From Eledone cirrhosa (Eukaryota), in NCBI GenBank assembly GCA_964016885.1, contig CAXHJY010000105.1:434001-498000 (forward strand): 64,000 bases of DNA, in the 5' to 3' direction. A program made the position numbers and the translations under genes. Positions 27,780 to 42,100 of the stretch are shown piece by piece (within the stretch, counting starts at the first letter, position 1; every line of letters begins with the position of its first letter). The notes under the pieces are model-generated. The model searched no databases, was not told the origin of the DNA, and saw nothing but the letters and a program-made list of their open reading frames with translations.

Positions 27780-30700
27780 ACAGAACCCTTGACCTAACAT
27801 AAGGATACAGAACCATTGACCTAACATAGGGATACAGAACCCTTGACCTAACATAGGGATACAGAACACTTCACCTAACATAACGATACAGAACCCTTGA
27901 CCTAACATAAGGATACAGAACCCTTGACCTAACATAAGGATACAGAACCCTTGACCTAACATAAGGATACAGAACACTTCACCTAACATAAGGATACAGA
28001 ACCCTTGACCTAACATAAGGATACAAAACACTTGACCTAACATAAGGATACAGAACCCTTGACCTAACATAGGGATACAGAACCCTTGACCTAACATAGG
28101 GATACAGAACACTTCACCTAACATAAGGATACAGAACCCTTGACCTAACATAAGGATACAGAACCCTTGACCTAACATAAGGATACAGAACCCTTGACCT
28201 AACATAAGGATACAGAAACTTGACCTAACATAAGGATACAGAACACTTGACCTAACATAAGGATACAGAACACGTGACCTAACATAAGGATACAGAACAC
28301 GTGACCTAACAAAGATACAGAACACGTGACCTAACAAAGATACAGAACACGTGACCTAACATAAGGATACAGAACACTTGACCTAAATATAAGGATACAG
28401 AACACTTGACCTAACATCAGGATACAGAACACTTCACCTAACATAAGGATACAGAAGACTTGACCTAACATAAGGATACAGAACACTTGACCTGACATAA
28501 GGATACAGAACACTTGACCTGACATAAGGATACAGAACACTTGACCTAACATAAGGATACAGAACACTTGACCTAAATATAAGGATACAGAACACTTGAC
28601 CTGACATAAGGATACAGAACCCTTGACCTGACATAAGGATACAGAACACTTGACCTAACATAAGGATACAGAACACTTGACCTAAATATAAGGATACAGA
28701 ACACTTGACCTGACATAAGGATACAGAACACTTGACGTAACATAAGGATACAGAACACCTGACCTAAATATAAGGATACAGAACACTTGACCTAACATAA
28801 GGATACAGAACACTTGACCTAACATAAGGATACAGAACACTTGACCTGACATAAGGATACAGAACACTTGACCTGACATAAGGATACAGAACCCTTGACC
28901 TAACAAGGATACAGAACAGTTGACCTAACATAAGGATGCAGAACACTTGACCTAACATAAGGATACAGAACACTTGACCTAACATAAGTATACAGAACCC
29001 TTGACCTAACATAAGGATACAGAACACTTGACCTAACATAAGGATACAGAACACCTGACCTAACAAGGATACAGAACACTTGACCTAACATAAGGATACA
29101 GAACCCTTGAGCTAACATAAGGATACAGAACACTTGACCTAACATAAGGATACAGAACCCTTGACCTAACATAAGGATAGAGAACCCTTGACCTAACATA
29201 AGGATACAGAACACCTGACCTAACATAAAGATATAGAACCCTTGACCTAACATAAGGATACAGAACCCTTGACCTAACATAAGGATAGAGAACCCTTGAC
29301 CTAACATAAGGATACAGAACACCTGACCTAACATAAAGATATAGAACCCTTGACCTAACATAAGGTTACAGAACCCTTGACCAAACATAAGGATACAGAA
29401 CCCTTGACCTAACATAAGGATACAGAAGACTTGACCTAACATAAGGATACAGAACACTTGACCTAATATAAGGATACAGAACACTTGACCTAACATAAGG
29501 ATACAGAACACGTGACCTAACAAAGATACAGAACACTTGCCCTAACATAAGGATACAGAACCCTTGACCTAACATAAGGATAGAGAACCCTTGACCTAAC
29601 ATAAGCATACAGACCCCTTGACCTAACAAAGATACAGAACACTTGACCTGACATAAGGATACAGAACCCTTTACCTAACAAGGATACAGAACACTTGACC
29701 TAACATAAGGATACAGAACACTTGACCTAACATAAGGATACAGAACACTTGACCTAACATAAGGATACAGAACACCTGACCTAACATAAGGATACAGAAC
29801 CCTTGACCTAACATAAGGATAGAGAACCCTTGACCTAACATAAGCATACAGACCCCTTGACCTATCATAAGGATAGAGAACCCTTGACCTAACATAAGCA
29901 TACAGACCCCTTGACCTATCATAAGGATAGAGAACCCTTGACCTAACATAAGGATACAGAACACCTGACCTAACATAAAGATATAGTACCCTTGACCTAA
30001 CATAAGGATACAGAACACTTGACCTAACGTAAGGATACAGAACACCTGACCTAACATAAGGTTACAGAACCCTTGACCTAACATAAGGATACAGAACCCT
30101 TGACCTAACAAGGATAAAGAAGACTTGACCTAACATAAGGATACAGAAACCTTGACCTAACATAAGGATACAGAACCCTTGACCTAACATAAGGATACAG
30201 AACACTTGACCTAACATAAGGATACAGAACACTTGACCTAAATATAAGGATACAGAACACTTGACCTGACATAAGGATACAGAACAGTTGACCTAACATA
30301 AGGATGCAGAACACTTGACATAACATAAGGATACAGAACACTTGACCTAACATAAGGATACAGAACACTTGACCTAACATAAGGATACAGAATCCTTTAC
30401 CTAACATAAGGATACAGAACCCTTGATCTAACATAAGGATACAGAAGACTTGACCTAACATAACCATACAGAACACTTGACCTAACATAAGGATACAGAA
30501 CACCTGACCTAACATAAGGATACAGATCACCGGACCTAACGAGGATACAGAACACCTGACCTAACATAAGGATACAGAACACCTGACCTGACATAAGGAT
30601 ACAGAACACTTGACTTAACGTAAGGATACAGAACACTTGACCTAACGTAAGGATACAGAACACGTGACCTAACATAAGGATACAAAACCCTTGACCTAAC

Positions 30701-33100
30701 ATAAGGATACAGAAGAATTGACCTAACATAACCATACAGAACACTTGACCTAACATAAGGATAAAAACACCTGACCTAACATAAGGATACAGAACACCTG
30801 ACCTGACATAAGGATACAGAACACTTGACTTAACGTAAGGATACAGAACACTTGACCTAACATAAGGATACAGAACCCTTGACCTGACATAAGGATACAG
30901 AACACTTGACCTAACATTAGGATACAGAACACTTGACCTAACATAAGGATACAGAACACCTGACCTCACATTAGGATACAGAACACTTGACCTAACATAA
31001 GGATACAGAACACTTGACCTAACATAAGGATACAGAACACTTGACCTAACATAAGGATACAGAACCCTTGACCTAACAGAGGGATACAGAACCCTTGACC
31101 TAACATAGGGATACAGAACACTTGACCTAACATAAGGATACAGAACCCTCGACCTAACATAAGGATACAGAACCCTTGACCTAACATAAGGATACAGAAC
31201 CCTTGACCTAACATAAGGATACAGAACACTTGACCTAACATAAGGATACAGAACACTTGACCTAATATAAGGATACAGAACACTTAACCTAACATAAGGA
31301 TACAGAACACTTGACCTAACAAAGATACAGAACACTTGACCTGACATAAGGATACAGAACCCTTGACCTAACAAGGATACAGAACACTTGACCTAACATA
31401 AGGATACAGAACACTTGACCTAACATAAGGATACAGAACCCTTGACCTAACATAAGGATACAGAACACTTGACCTAACATAAGGATACAGAACACGTGAC
31501 CTAACATAAGGATACAGAACACTTGACCTAAATATAAGGATACAGAACACCTGACCTAACAAGGATACAGAACACTTGACCTAACATAAGGATACAGAAC
31601 CCTTGACCTAACATAAGGATACAGAACACTTGACCTAACATAAGGATACAGAACACCTGACCTAACAAGGATACAGAACACTTGACCTAACATAAGGATA
31701 CAGAACCCTTGACCTAACATAAGGATAGAGAACCCTTGACCTAACATAAGCATACAGACCCCTTGACCTATCATAAGGATATAGAACCCTTGACCTAACA
31801 TAAGGATACAGAACCCTTGACCTAACATAAGAATAGAGAACCCTTGACCTAACATAAGGATACAGAACACCTGACCTAACATAAAGATATAGAACCCTTG
31901 ACCTAACATAAGGATACAGAACCCTTGACCTAACATAAGGATAGAGAACCCTTGACCTAACATAAGGATACAGAACACCTGACCTAACATAAAGATATAG
32001 TACCCTTGACCTAACATAAGGATACAGAACACTTGACCTAACGTAAGGATACAGAACACCTGACCTAACATAAGGTTACAGAACCCTTGACCTAACATAA
32101 GGATACAGAACCCTTGACCTAACAAGGATAAAGAAGACTTGACCTAACATAAGGATACAGAAACCTTGACCTAACATAAGGATACAGAACCCTTGACCTA
32201 ACATAAGGATACAGAACCCTTGACCTAACATAAGGATACAGAACACTTGACCTAAATATAAGGATACAGAACACTTGACCTGACATAAGGATACAGAACA
32301 GTTGACCTAACATAAGGATGCAGAACACTTGACATAACATAAGGATACAGAACACTTGACCTAACATAAGGATACAGAACACTTGACCTAACATAAGGAT
32401 ACAGAATCCTTGACCTAACATAAGGATACAGAACCCTTGATCTAACATAAGGATACAGAAGACTTGACCTAACATAACCATACAGAACACTTGACCTAAC
32501 ATAAGGATACAGAACACCTGACCTAACATAAGGATACAGATCACCGGACCTAACGAGGATACAGAACACCTGATCTAACATAAGGATACAGAACACCTGA
32601 CCTGAAATAAGGACACAGAACACTTGACTTAACGTAAGGATACAGAACACTTGACCTAACGTAAGGATACAGAACACTTGACCTAACATAAGGATACAAA
32701 ACCCTTGACCTAACATAAGGATACAGAAGAATTGACCTACCATATGGATACAGAACCCTTGACCTGACATAAGGATACAGAACACTTGACCTAACATAAG
32801 GATACAGAACACTTGACCTAACATAAGGATACAGAACACCTGACCTAACAATGATACAGAACACTTGACCTAACAGAGGGATACAGAACCCTTGACCTAA
32901 CATAGGGATACAGAACACTTGACCTAACATAAGGATACAGAACCCTTGACCTAACATGAGGATACAGAACCCTTGACCTAACATAAGGATACAGAACCCT
33001 TGACCTAACATAAGGATACAGAAACTTGACCTAACATAAGGATACAGAACACTTGACCTAATATAAGGATACAGAACACTTAACCTAACATAAGGATACA
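27780..33100 (+). repeat. 5.3-kb variant block repeated at about 48260-53580 (offset about 20.48 kb)
   Basis: ORF pairs 28331/48812, 28900/49381 and 29671/50152 match at offset 20481; pairs 30397/50875, 31556/52034 and 32119/52597 match at offset 20478. Confidence 0.88.
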
Positions 33101-36100
33101 GAACACCTGACCTGACATAAGGATACAGAAACTTGACCTAACATAAGGATACAGAACCCTTGACCTAACATAAGGATACAGAACCCTTGACCTAACATAA
33201 GGATACAGAAACTTGACCTAACATAAGGATACAGAACCCTTGACCTAACATAAGGATACAGAAACTTGACCTAACATAAGGATACAGAACCCTTGACCTA
33301 ACAAGGATACAGAACACTTGACCTAACATAAGGATACAGAACCCTTGACCTAACATAAGGATACAGAACACTTGACCTAACATAAGGATACAGAACCCTT
33401 GACCTAACATAAGGATACAGAACCCTTGACCTAACATAAGGATACAGAACACTTGACCTAACATAAGGATACAGAACACTTGACCTAACATAAGGATACA
33501 GAACCCTTGACCTAACATAAGGATACAGAACCCTTGACCTAACATAAGGATACAGAACACTTGACCTAACATAAGGATACAGAACACTTGACCTAACATA
33601 AGGATACAGAACCCTTGACCTAACATAAGGATACAGAACACTTGACCTAACATAAGGATACAGAACACTTGACCTAACATAAGGATACAGAACCCTTGAC
33701 CTAACATAAGGATACAGAACCCTTGACCTAACATAAGGATACAGAACACTTGACCTAACATAAGGATACAGAACCCTTGACCTAACATAAGGATACAGAA
33801 CCCTTGACCTAACATAAGGATACAGAACACTTGACCTAACATAAGGATACAGAACACTTGACCTAACATAAGGATACAGAATCCTTGACCTAACATAAGG
33901 ATACAGAACACTTGACCTAACATAAGGATACAGAACCCTTGACCTAACATAAGGATACAGAACACTTGACCTAACATAAGGATACAGAACACTTGACCTA
34001 ACATAAGGATACAGAACCCTTGACCTAACATAAGGATACAGAACACTTGACCTAACATAAGGATACAGAACACTTGACCTAACATAAGGATACAGAACCC
34101 TTGACCTAACATAAGGATACAGAACACTTGACCTAACATAAGGATACAGAACACTTGACCTAACATAAGGATACAGAACCCTTGACCTAACATAAGGATA
34201 CAGAACCCTTGACCTAACATAAGGATACAGAAACTTGACCTAACATAAGGATACAGAACCCTTGACCTAACAAGGATACAGAACACTTGACCTAACATAA
34301 GGATACAGAACCCTTGACCTAACATAAGGATACAGAACACTTGACCTAACATAAGGATACAGAACACGTGACCTGACATAAGGATACAGAACACTTGACT
34401 TAACATAAGGATACAGAACCCTTGACCTAACATAGGGATACAGAACCCTTGACCTAACATAGGGATACAGAACACTTCACCTAACATAAGGATACAGAAC
34501 CCTTGACCTAACATAAGGATACAGAACACTTGACCTAACATAAGGATACAGAACCATTGACCTAACATAGGGATACAGAACCCTTGACCTAACATAAGGA
34601 TACAGAACACTTGACCTAACATAAGGATACAGAACCCTTGACCTAACATAAGGATACAGAACACTTGACCTAACATAAGGATACAGAACACTTCACCTAA
34701 CATAAGGATACAGAACCCTTGACCTAACATAAGGATACAGAACCCTTGACCTAACATAAGGATACAGAACCCTTGACCTAACATAAGGATACAGAACACT
34801 TCACCTAACATAAGGATACAGAACCCTTGACCTAACATAAGGATACAGAACACTTGACCTAACATAAGGATACAGAACCCTTGACCTAACATAGGGATAC
34901 AGAACCCTTGACCTAACATAGGGATACAGAACACTTCACCTAACATAAGGATACAGAACCCTTGACCTAACATAAGGATACAGAACCCTTGACCTAACAT
35001 AAGGATACAGAACCCTTGACCTAACATAAGGATACAGAAACTTGACCTAACATAAGGATACAGAACACTTGACCTAACATAAGGATACAGAACACGTGAC
35101 CTAACATAAGGATACAGAACACGTGACCTAACAAAGATACAGAACACGTGACCTAACAAAGATACAGAACACGTGACCTAACATAAGGATACAGAACACT
35201 TGACCTAAATATAAGTATACAGAACACTTGACCTAACATCAGGATACAGAACACTTCACCTAACATAAGGATACAGAAGACTTGACCTAACATAAGGATA
35301 CAGAACACTTGACCTGACATAAGGATACAGAACACTTGACCTGACATAAGGATACAGAACACTTGACCTAACATAAGGATACAGAACACTTGACCTAAAT
35401 ATAAGGATACAGAACACTTGACCTGACATAAGGATACAGAACCCTTGACCTGACATAAGGATACAGAACACTTGACCTAACATAAGGATACAGAACACTT
35501 GACCTAAATATAAGGATACAGAACACTTGACCTGACATAAGGATACAGAACACTTGACGTAACATAAGGATACAGAACACCTGACCTAAATATAAGGATA
35601 CAGAACACTTGACCTAACATAAGGATACAGAACACTTGACCTAACATAAGGATACAGAACACTTGACCTGACATAAGGATACAGAACACTTGACCTGACA
35701 TAAGGATACAGAACCCTTGACCTAACAAGGATACAGAACAGTTGACCTAACATAAGGATGCAGAACACTTGACCTAACATAAGGATACAGAACACCTGAC
35801 CTAACATAAGGTTACAGAACCCTTGACCTAACATAAGGATACAGAACCCTTGACCTAACAAGGATAAAGAAGACTTGACCTAACATAAGGATACAGAAAC
35901 CTTGACCTAACATAAGGATACAGAACCCTTGACCTAACATAAGGATACAGAACCCTTGACCTAACATAAGGATACAGAACACTTGACCTAAATATAAGGA
36001 TACAGAACACTTGACCTGACATAAGGATACAGAACAGTTGACCTAACATAAGGATGCAGAACACTTGACATAACATAAGGATACAGAACACTTGACCTAA

Positions 36101-39100
36101 CATAAGGATACAGAACACTTGACCTAACATAAGGATACAGAATCCTTGACCTAACATAAGGATACAGAACCCTTGATCTAACATAAGGATACAGAAGACT
36201 TGACCTAACATAACCATACAGAACACTTGACCTAACATAAGGATACAGAACACCTGACCTAACATAAGGATACAGATCACCGGACCTAACGAGGATACAG
36301 AACACCTGATCTAACATAAGGATACAGAACACCTGACCTGACATAAGGACACAGAACACTTGACTTAACGTAAGGATACAGAACACTTGACCTAACGTAA
36401 GGATACAGAACACTTGACCTAACATAAGGATACAAAACCCTTGACCTAACATAAGGATACAGAAGAATTGACCTACCATATGGATACAGAACCCTTGACC
36501 TGACATAAGGATACAGAACACTTGACCTAACATAAGGATACAGAACACTTGACCTAACATAAGGATACAGAACACCTGACCTAACAATGATACAGAACAC
36601 TTGACCTAACAGAGGGATACAGAACCCTTGACCTAACATAGGGATACAGAACACTTGACCTAACATAAGGATACAGAACCCTTGACCTAACATGAGGATA
36701 CAGAACCCTTGACCTAACATAAGGATACAGAACCCTTGACCTAACATAAGGATACAGAAACTTGACCTAACATAAGGATACAGAACACTTGACCTAATAT
36801 AAGGATACAGAACACTTAACCTAACATAAGGATACAGAACACTTGACCTAACAAAGATACAGAACACTTGACCTGACATAAGGATACAGAAACTTGACCT
36901 AACATAAGGATACAGAACCCTTGACCTAACATAAGGATACAGAACCCTTGACCTAACATAAGGATACAGAAACTTGACCTAACATAAGGATACAGAACCC
37001 TTGACCTAACATAAGGATACAGAAACTTGACCTAACATAAGGATACAGAACCCTTGACCTAACAAGGATACAGAACACTTGACCTAACATAAGGATACAG
37101 AACACTTGACCTAACATAAGGATACAGAACCCTTGACCTAACATAAGGATACAGAACACTTGACCTAACATAAGGATACAGAACACTTGACCTAACATAA
37201 GGATACAGAACCCTTGACCTAACATAAGGATACAGAACACTTGACCTAACATAAGGATACAGAACACTTGACCTAACATAAGGATACAGAACCCTTGACC
37301 TAACATAAGTATACAGAAACTTGACCTAACATAAGGATACAGAACCCTTGACCTAACATAAGGATACAGAAACTTGACCTAACATAAGGATACAGAACAC
37401 TTGACCTAACAAGGATACAGAACACTTGACCTAACATAAGGATACAGAACCCTTGACCTAACATAAGGATACAGAACACTTGACCTAACATAAGGATACA
37501 GAACACGTGACCTGACATAAGGATACAGAACACTTGACCTAACATAAGGATACAGAACCCTTGACCTAACATAAGGATGCAGAACACTTGACCTAACATA
37601 AGGATACAGAACACTTGACCTAACATAAGGATACAGAACACTTGACCTAACATAAGGATACAGAACCCTTGACCTAACATAAGGATACAGAACACTTGAC
37701 CTAACATAAGGATACAGAACACTTGACCTAACATAAGGATACAGAACACTTGACCTAACATAAGGATACAGAACCCTTGACCTAACATAAGGATACAGAA
37801 CACTTGACCTAACATAAGGATACAGAACACTTGACCTAACATAAGGATACAGAACCCTTGACCTAACATAAGTATACAGAAACTTGACCTAACATAAGGA
37901 TACAGAACCCTTGACCTAACATAAGTATACAGAAACTTGACCTAACATAAGGATACAGAACACTTGACCTAACAAGGATACAGAACACTTGACCTAACAT
38001 AAGGATACAGAACCCTTGACCTAACATAAGGATACAGAACACTTGACCTAACATAAGGATACAGAACACGTGACCTGACATAAGGATACAGAACACTTGA
38101 CCTAACATAAGGATACAGAACCCTTGACCTAACATAAGGATACAGAACACTTGACCTAACATAAGGATACAGAACACTTGACCTAACATAAGGATACAGA
38201 ACACTTGACCTAACATAAGGATACAGAACCCTTGACCTAACATAAGGATACAGAACACTTGACCTAACATAAGGATACAGAACACTTGACCTAACATAAG
38301 GATACAGAACCCTTGACCTAACATAAGTATACAGAAACTTGACCTAACATAAGGATACAGAACCCTTGACCTAACATAAGTATACAGAAACTTGACCTAA
38401 CATAAGGATACAGAACACTTGACCTAACAAGGATACAGAACACTTGACCTAACATAAGGATACAGAACCCTTGACCTAACATAAGGATACAGAACACTTG
38501 ACCTAACATAAGGATACAGAACACGTGACCTGACATAAGGATACAGAACACTTGACCTAACATAAGGATACAGAACCCTTGACCTAACATAAGGATACAG
38601 AACACTTGACCTAACATAAGGATACAGAACACTTGACCTAACATAAGGATACAGAACACTTGACCTAACATAAGGATACAGAACCCTTGACCTAACATAA
38701 GGATACAGAACACTTGACCTAACATAAGGATACAGAACACTTGACCTAACATAAGGATACAGAACACTTGACCTAACATAAGGATACAGAACCCTTGACC
38801 TAACATAAGGATACAGAACACTTGACCTAACATAAGGATACAGAACACTTGACCTAACATAAGGATACAGAACCCTTGACCTAACATAAGTATACAGAAA
38901 CTTGACCTAACATAAGGATACAGAACCCTTGACCTAACATAAGGATACAGAAACTTGACCTAACATAAGGATACAGAACCCTTGACCTAACAAGGATACA
39001 GAACACTTGACCTAACATAAGGATACAGAACACTTGACCTAACATAAGGATACAGAACACGTGACCTGACATAAGGATACAGAACACTTGACTTAACATA

Positions 39101-42100
39101 AGGATACAGAACCCTTCACCTAACATAAGGATACAGAACCCTTGACCTAACATAAGGATACATAACACATGACCTAACATAAGGATACAGAACCATTGAC
39201 CTAACATAGGGATACAGAACCCTTGACCTAACATAGGGATACAGAACACTTCACCTAACATAACGATACAGAACCCTTGACCTAACATAAGGATACAGAA
39301 CCCTTGACCTAACATAAGGATACAGAACCCTTGACCTAACATAAGGATACAGAACACTTCACCTAACATAAGGATACAGAACCCTTGACCTAACATAAGG
39401 ATACAGAACACTTGACCTAACATAAGGATACAGAACCCTTGACCTAACATAGGGATACAGAACCCTTGACCTAACATAGGGATACAGAACACTTCACCTA
39501 ACATAAGGATACAGAACCCTTGACCTAACATAAGGATACAGAACCCTTGACCTAACATAAGGATACAGAACCCTTGACCTAACATAAGGATACAGAAACT
39601 TGACCTAACATAAGGATACAGAACACTTGACCTAACATAAGGATACAGAACACGTGACCTAACATAAGGATACAGAACACGTGACCTAACAAAGATACAG
39701 AACACGTGACCTAACAAAGATACAGAACACGTGACCTAACATAAGGATACAGAACACTTGACCTAAATATAAGTATACAGAACACTTGACCTAACATCAG
39801 GATACAGAACACTTCACCTAACATAAGGATACAGAAGACTTGACCTAACATAAGGATACAGAACACTTGACCTGACATAAGGATACAGAACACTTGACCT
39901 GACATAAGGATACAGAACACTTGACCTAACATAAGGATACAGAACACTTGACCTAAATATAAGGATACAGAACACTTGACCTGACATAAGGATACAGAAC
40001 CCTTGACCTGACATAAGGATACAGAACACTTGACCTAACATAAGGATACAGAACACTTGACCTAAATATAAGGATACAGAACACTTGACCTGACATAAGG
40101 ATACAGAACACTTGACGTAACATAAGGATACAGAACACCTGACCTAACATAAGAATAGAGAACCCTTGACCTAACATAAGGATACAGAACACCTGACCTA
40201 ACATAAAGATATAGAACCCTTGACCTAACATAAGGATACAGAACCCTTGACCTAACATAAGAATAGAGAACCCTTGACCTAACATAAGGATACAGAACAC
40301 CTGACCTAACATAAAGATATAGAACCCTTGACCTAACATAAGGATACAGAACCCTTGACCTAACATAAGGATAGAGAACCCTTGACCTAACATAAGGATA
40401 CAGAACACCTGACCTAACATAAAGATATAGTACCCTTGACCTAACATAAGGATACAGAACACTTGACCTAACGTAAGGATACAGAACACCTGACCTAACA
40501 TAAGGTTACAGAACCCTTGACCTAACATAAGGATACAGAACCCTTGACCTAACAAGGATAAAGAAGACTTGACCTAACATAAGGATACAGAAACCTTGAC
40601 CTAACATAAGGATACAGAACCCTTGACCTAACATAAGGATACAGAACCCTTGACCTAACATAAGGATACAGAACACTTGACCTAAATATAAGGATACAGA
40701 ACACTTGACCTGACATAAGGATACAGAACAGTTGACCTAACATAAGGATGCAGAACACTTGACATAACATAAGGATACAGAACACTTGACCTAACATAAG
40801 GATACAGAACACTTGACCTAACATAAGGATACAGAATCCTTGACCTAACATAAGGATACAGAACCCTTGATCTAACATAAGGATACAGAAGACTTGACCT
40901 AACATAACCATACAGAACACTTGACCTAACATAAGGATACAGAACACCTGACCTAACATAAGGATACAGATCACCGGACCTAACGAGGATACAGAACACC
41001 TGATCTAACATAAGGATACAGAACACCTGACCTGAAATAAGGACACAGAACACTTGACTTAACGTAAGGATACAGAACACTTGACCTAACGTAAGGATAC
41101 AGAACACTTGACCTAACATAAGGATACAAAACCCTTGACCTAACATAAGGATACAGAAGAATTGACCTACCATATGGATACAGAACCCTTGACCTGACAT
41201 AAGGATACAGAACACTTGACCTAACATAAGGATACAGAACACTTGACCTAACATAAGGATACAGAACACCTGACCTAACAATGATACAGAACACTTGACC
41301 TAACAGAGGGATACAGAACCCTTGACCTAACATAGGGATACAGAACACTTGACCTAACATAAGGATACAGAACCCTTGACCTAACATGAGGATACAGAAC
41401 CCTTGACCTAACATAAGGATACAGAACCCTTGACCTAACATAAGGATACAGAAACTTGACCTAACATAAGGATACAGAACACTTGACCTAATATAAGGAT
41501 ACAGAACACTTAACCTAACATAAGGATACAGAACACCTGACCTGACATAAGGATACAGAAACTTGACCTAACATAAGGATACAGAACCCTTGACCTAACA
41601 TAAGGATACAGAACCCTTGACCTAACATAAGGATACAGAAACTTGACCTAACATAAGGATACAGAACCCTTGACCTAACATAAGGATACAGAAACTTGAC
41701 CTAACATAAGGATACAGAACCCTTGACCTAACAAGGATACAGAACACTTGACCTAACATAAGGATACAGAACCCTTGACCTAACATAAGGATACAGAACA
41801 CTTGACCTAACATAAGGATACAGAACCCTTGACCTAACATAAGGATACAGAACCCTTGACCTAACATAAGGATACAGAACACTTGACCTAACATAAGGAT
41901 ACAGAACACTTGACCTAACATAAGGATACAGAACCCTTGACCTAACATAAGGATACAGAACCCTTGACCTAACATAAGGATACAGAACACTTGACCTAAC
42001 ATAAGGATACAGAACACTTGACCTAACATAAGGATACAGAACCCTTGACCTAACATAAGGATACAGAACCCTTGACCTAACATAAGGATACAGAACACTT

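Noticed and set aside
28270-28355. Clustered CACGTG E-box / CDEI-like motifs
   Set aside because: A one-base variant of consensus CACTTG spread by local duplication; no evidence of regulatory or point-centromere context.
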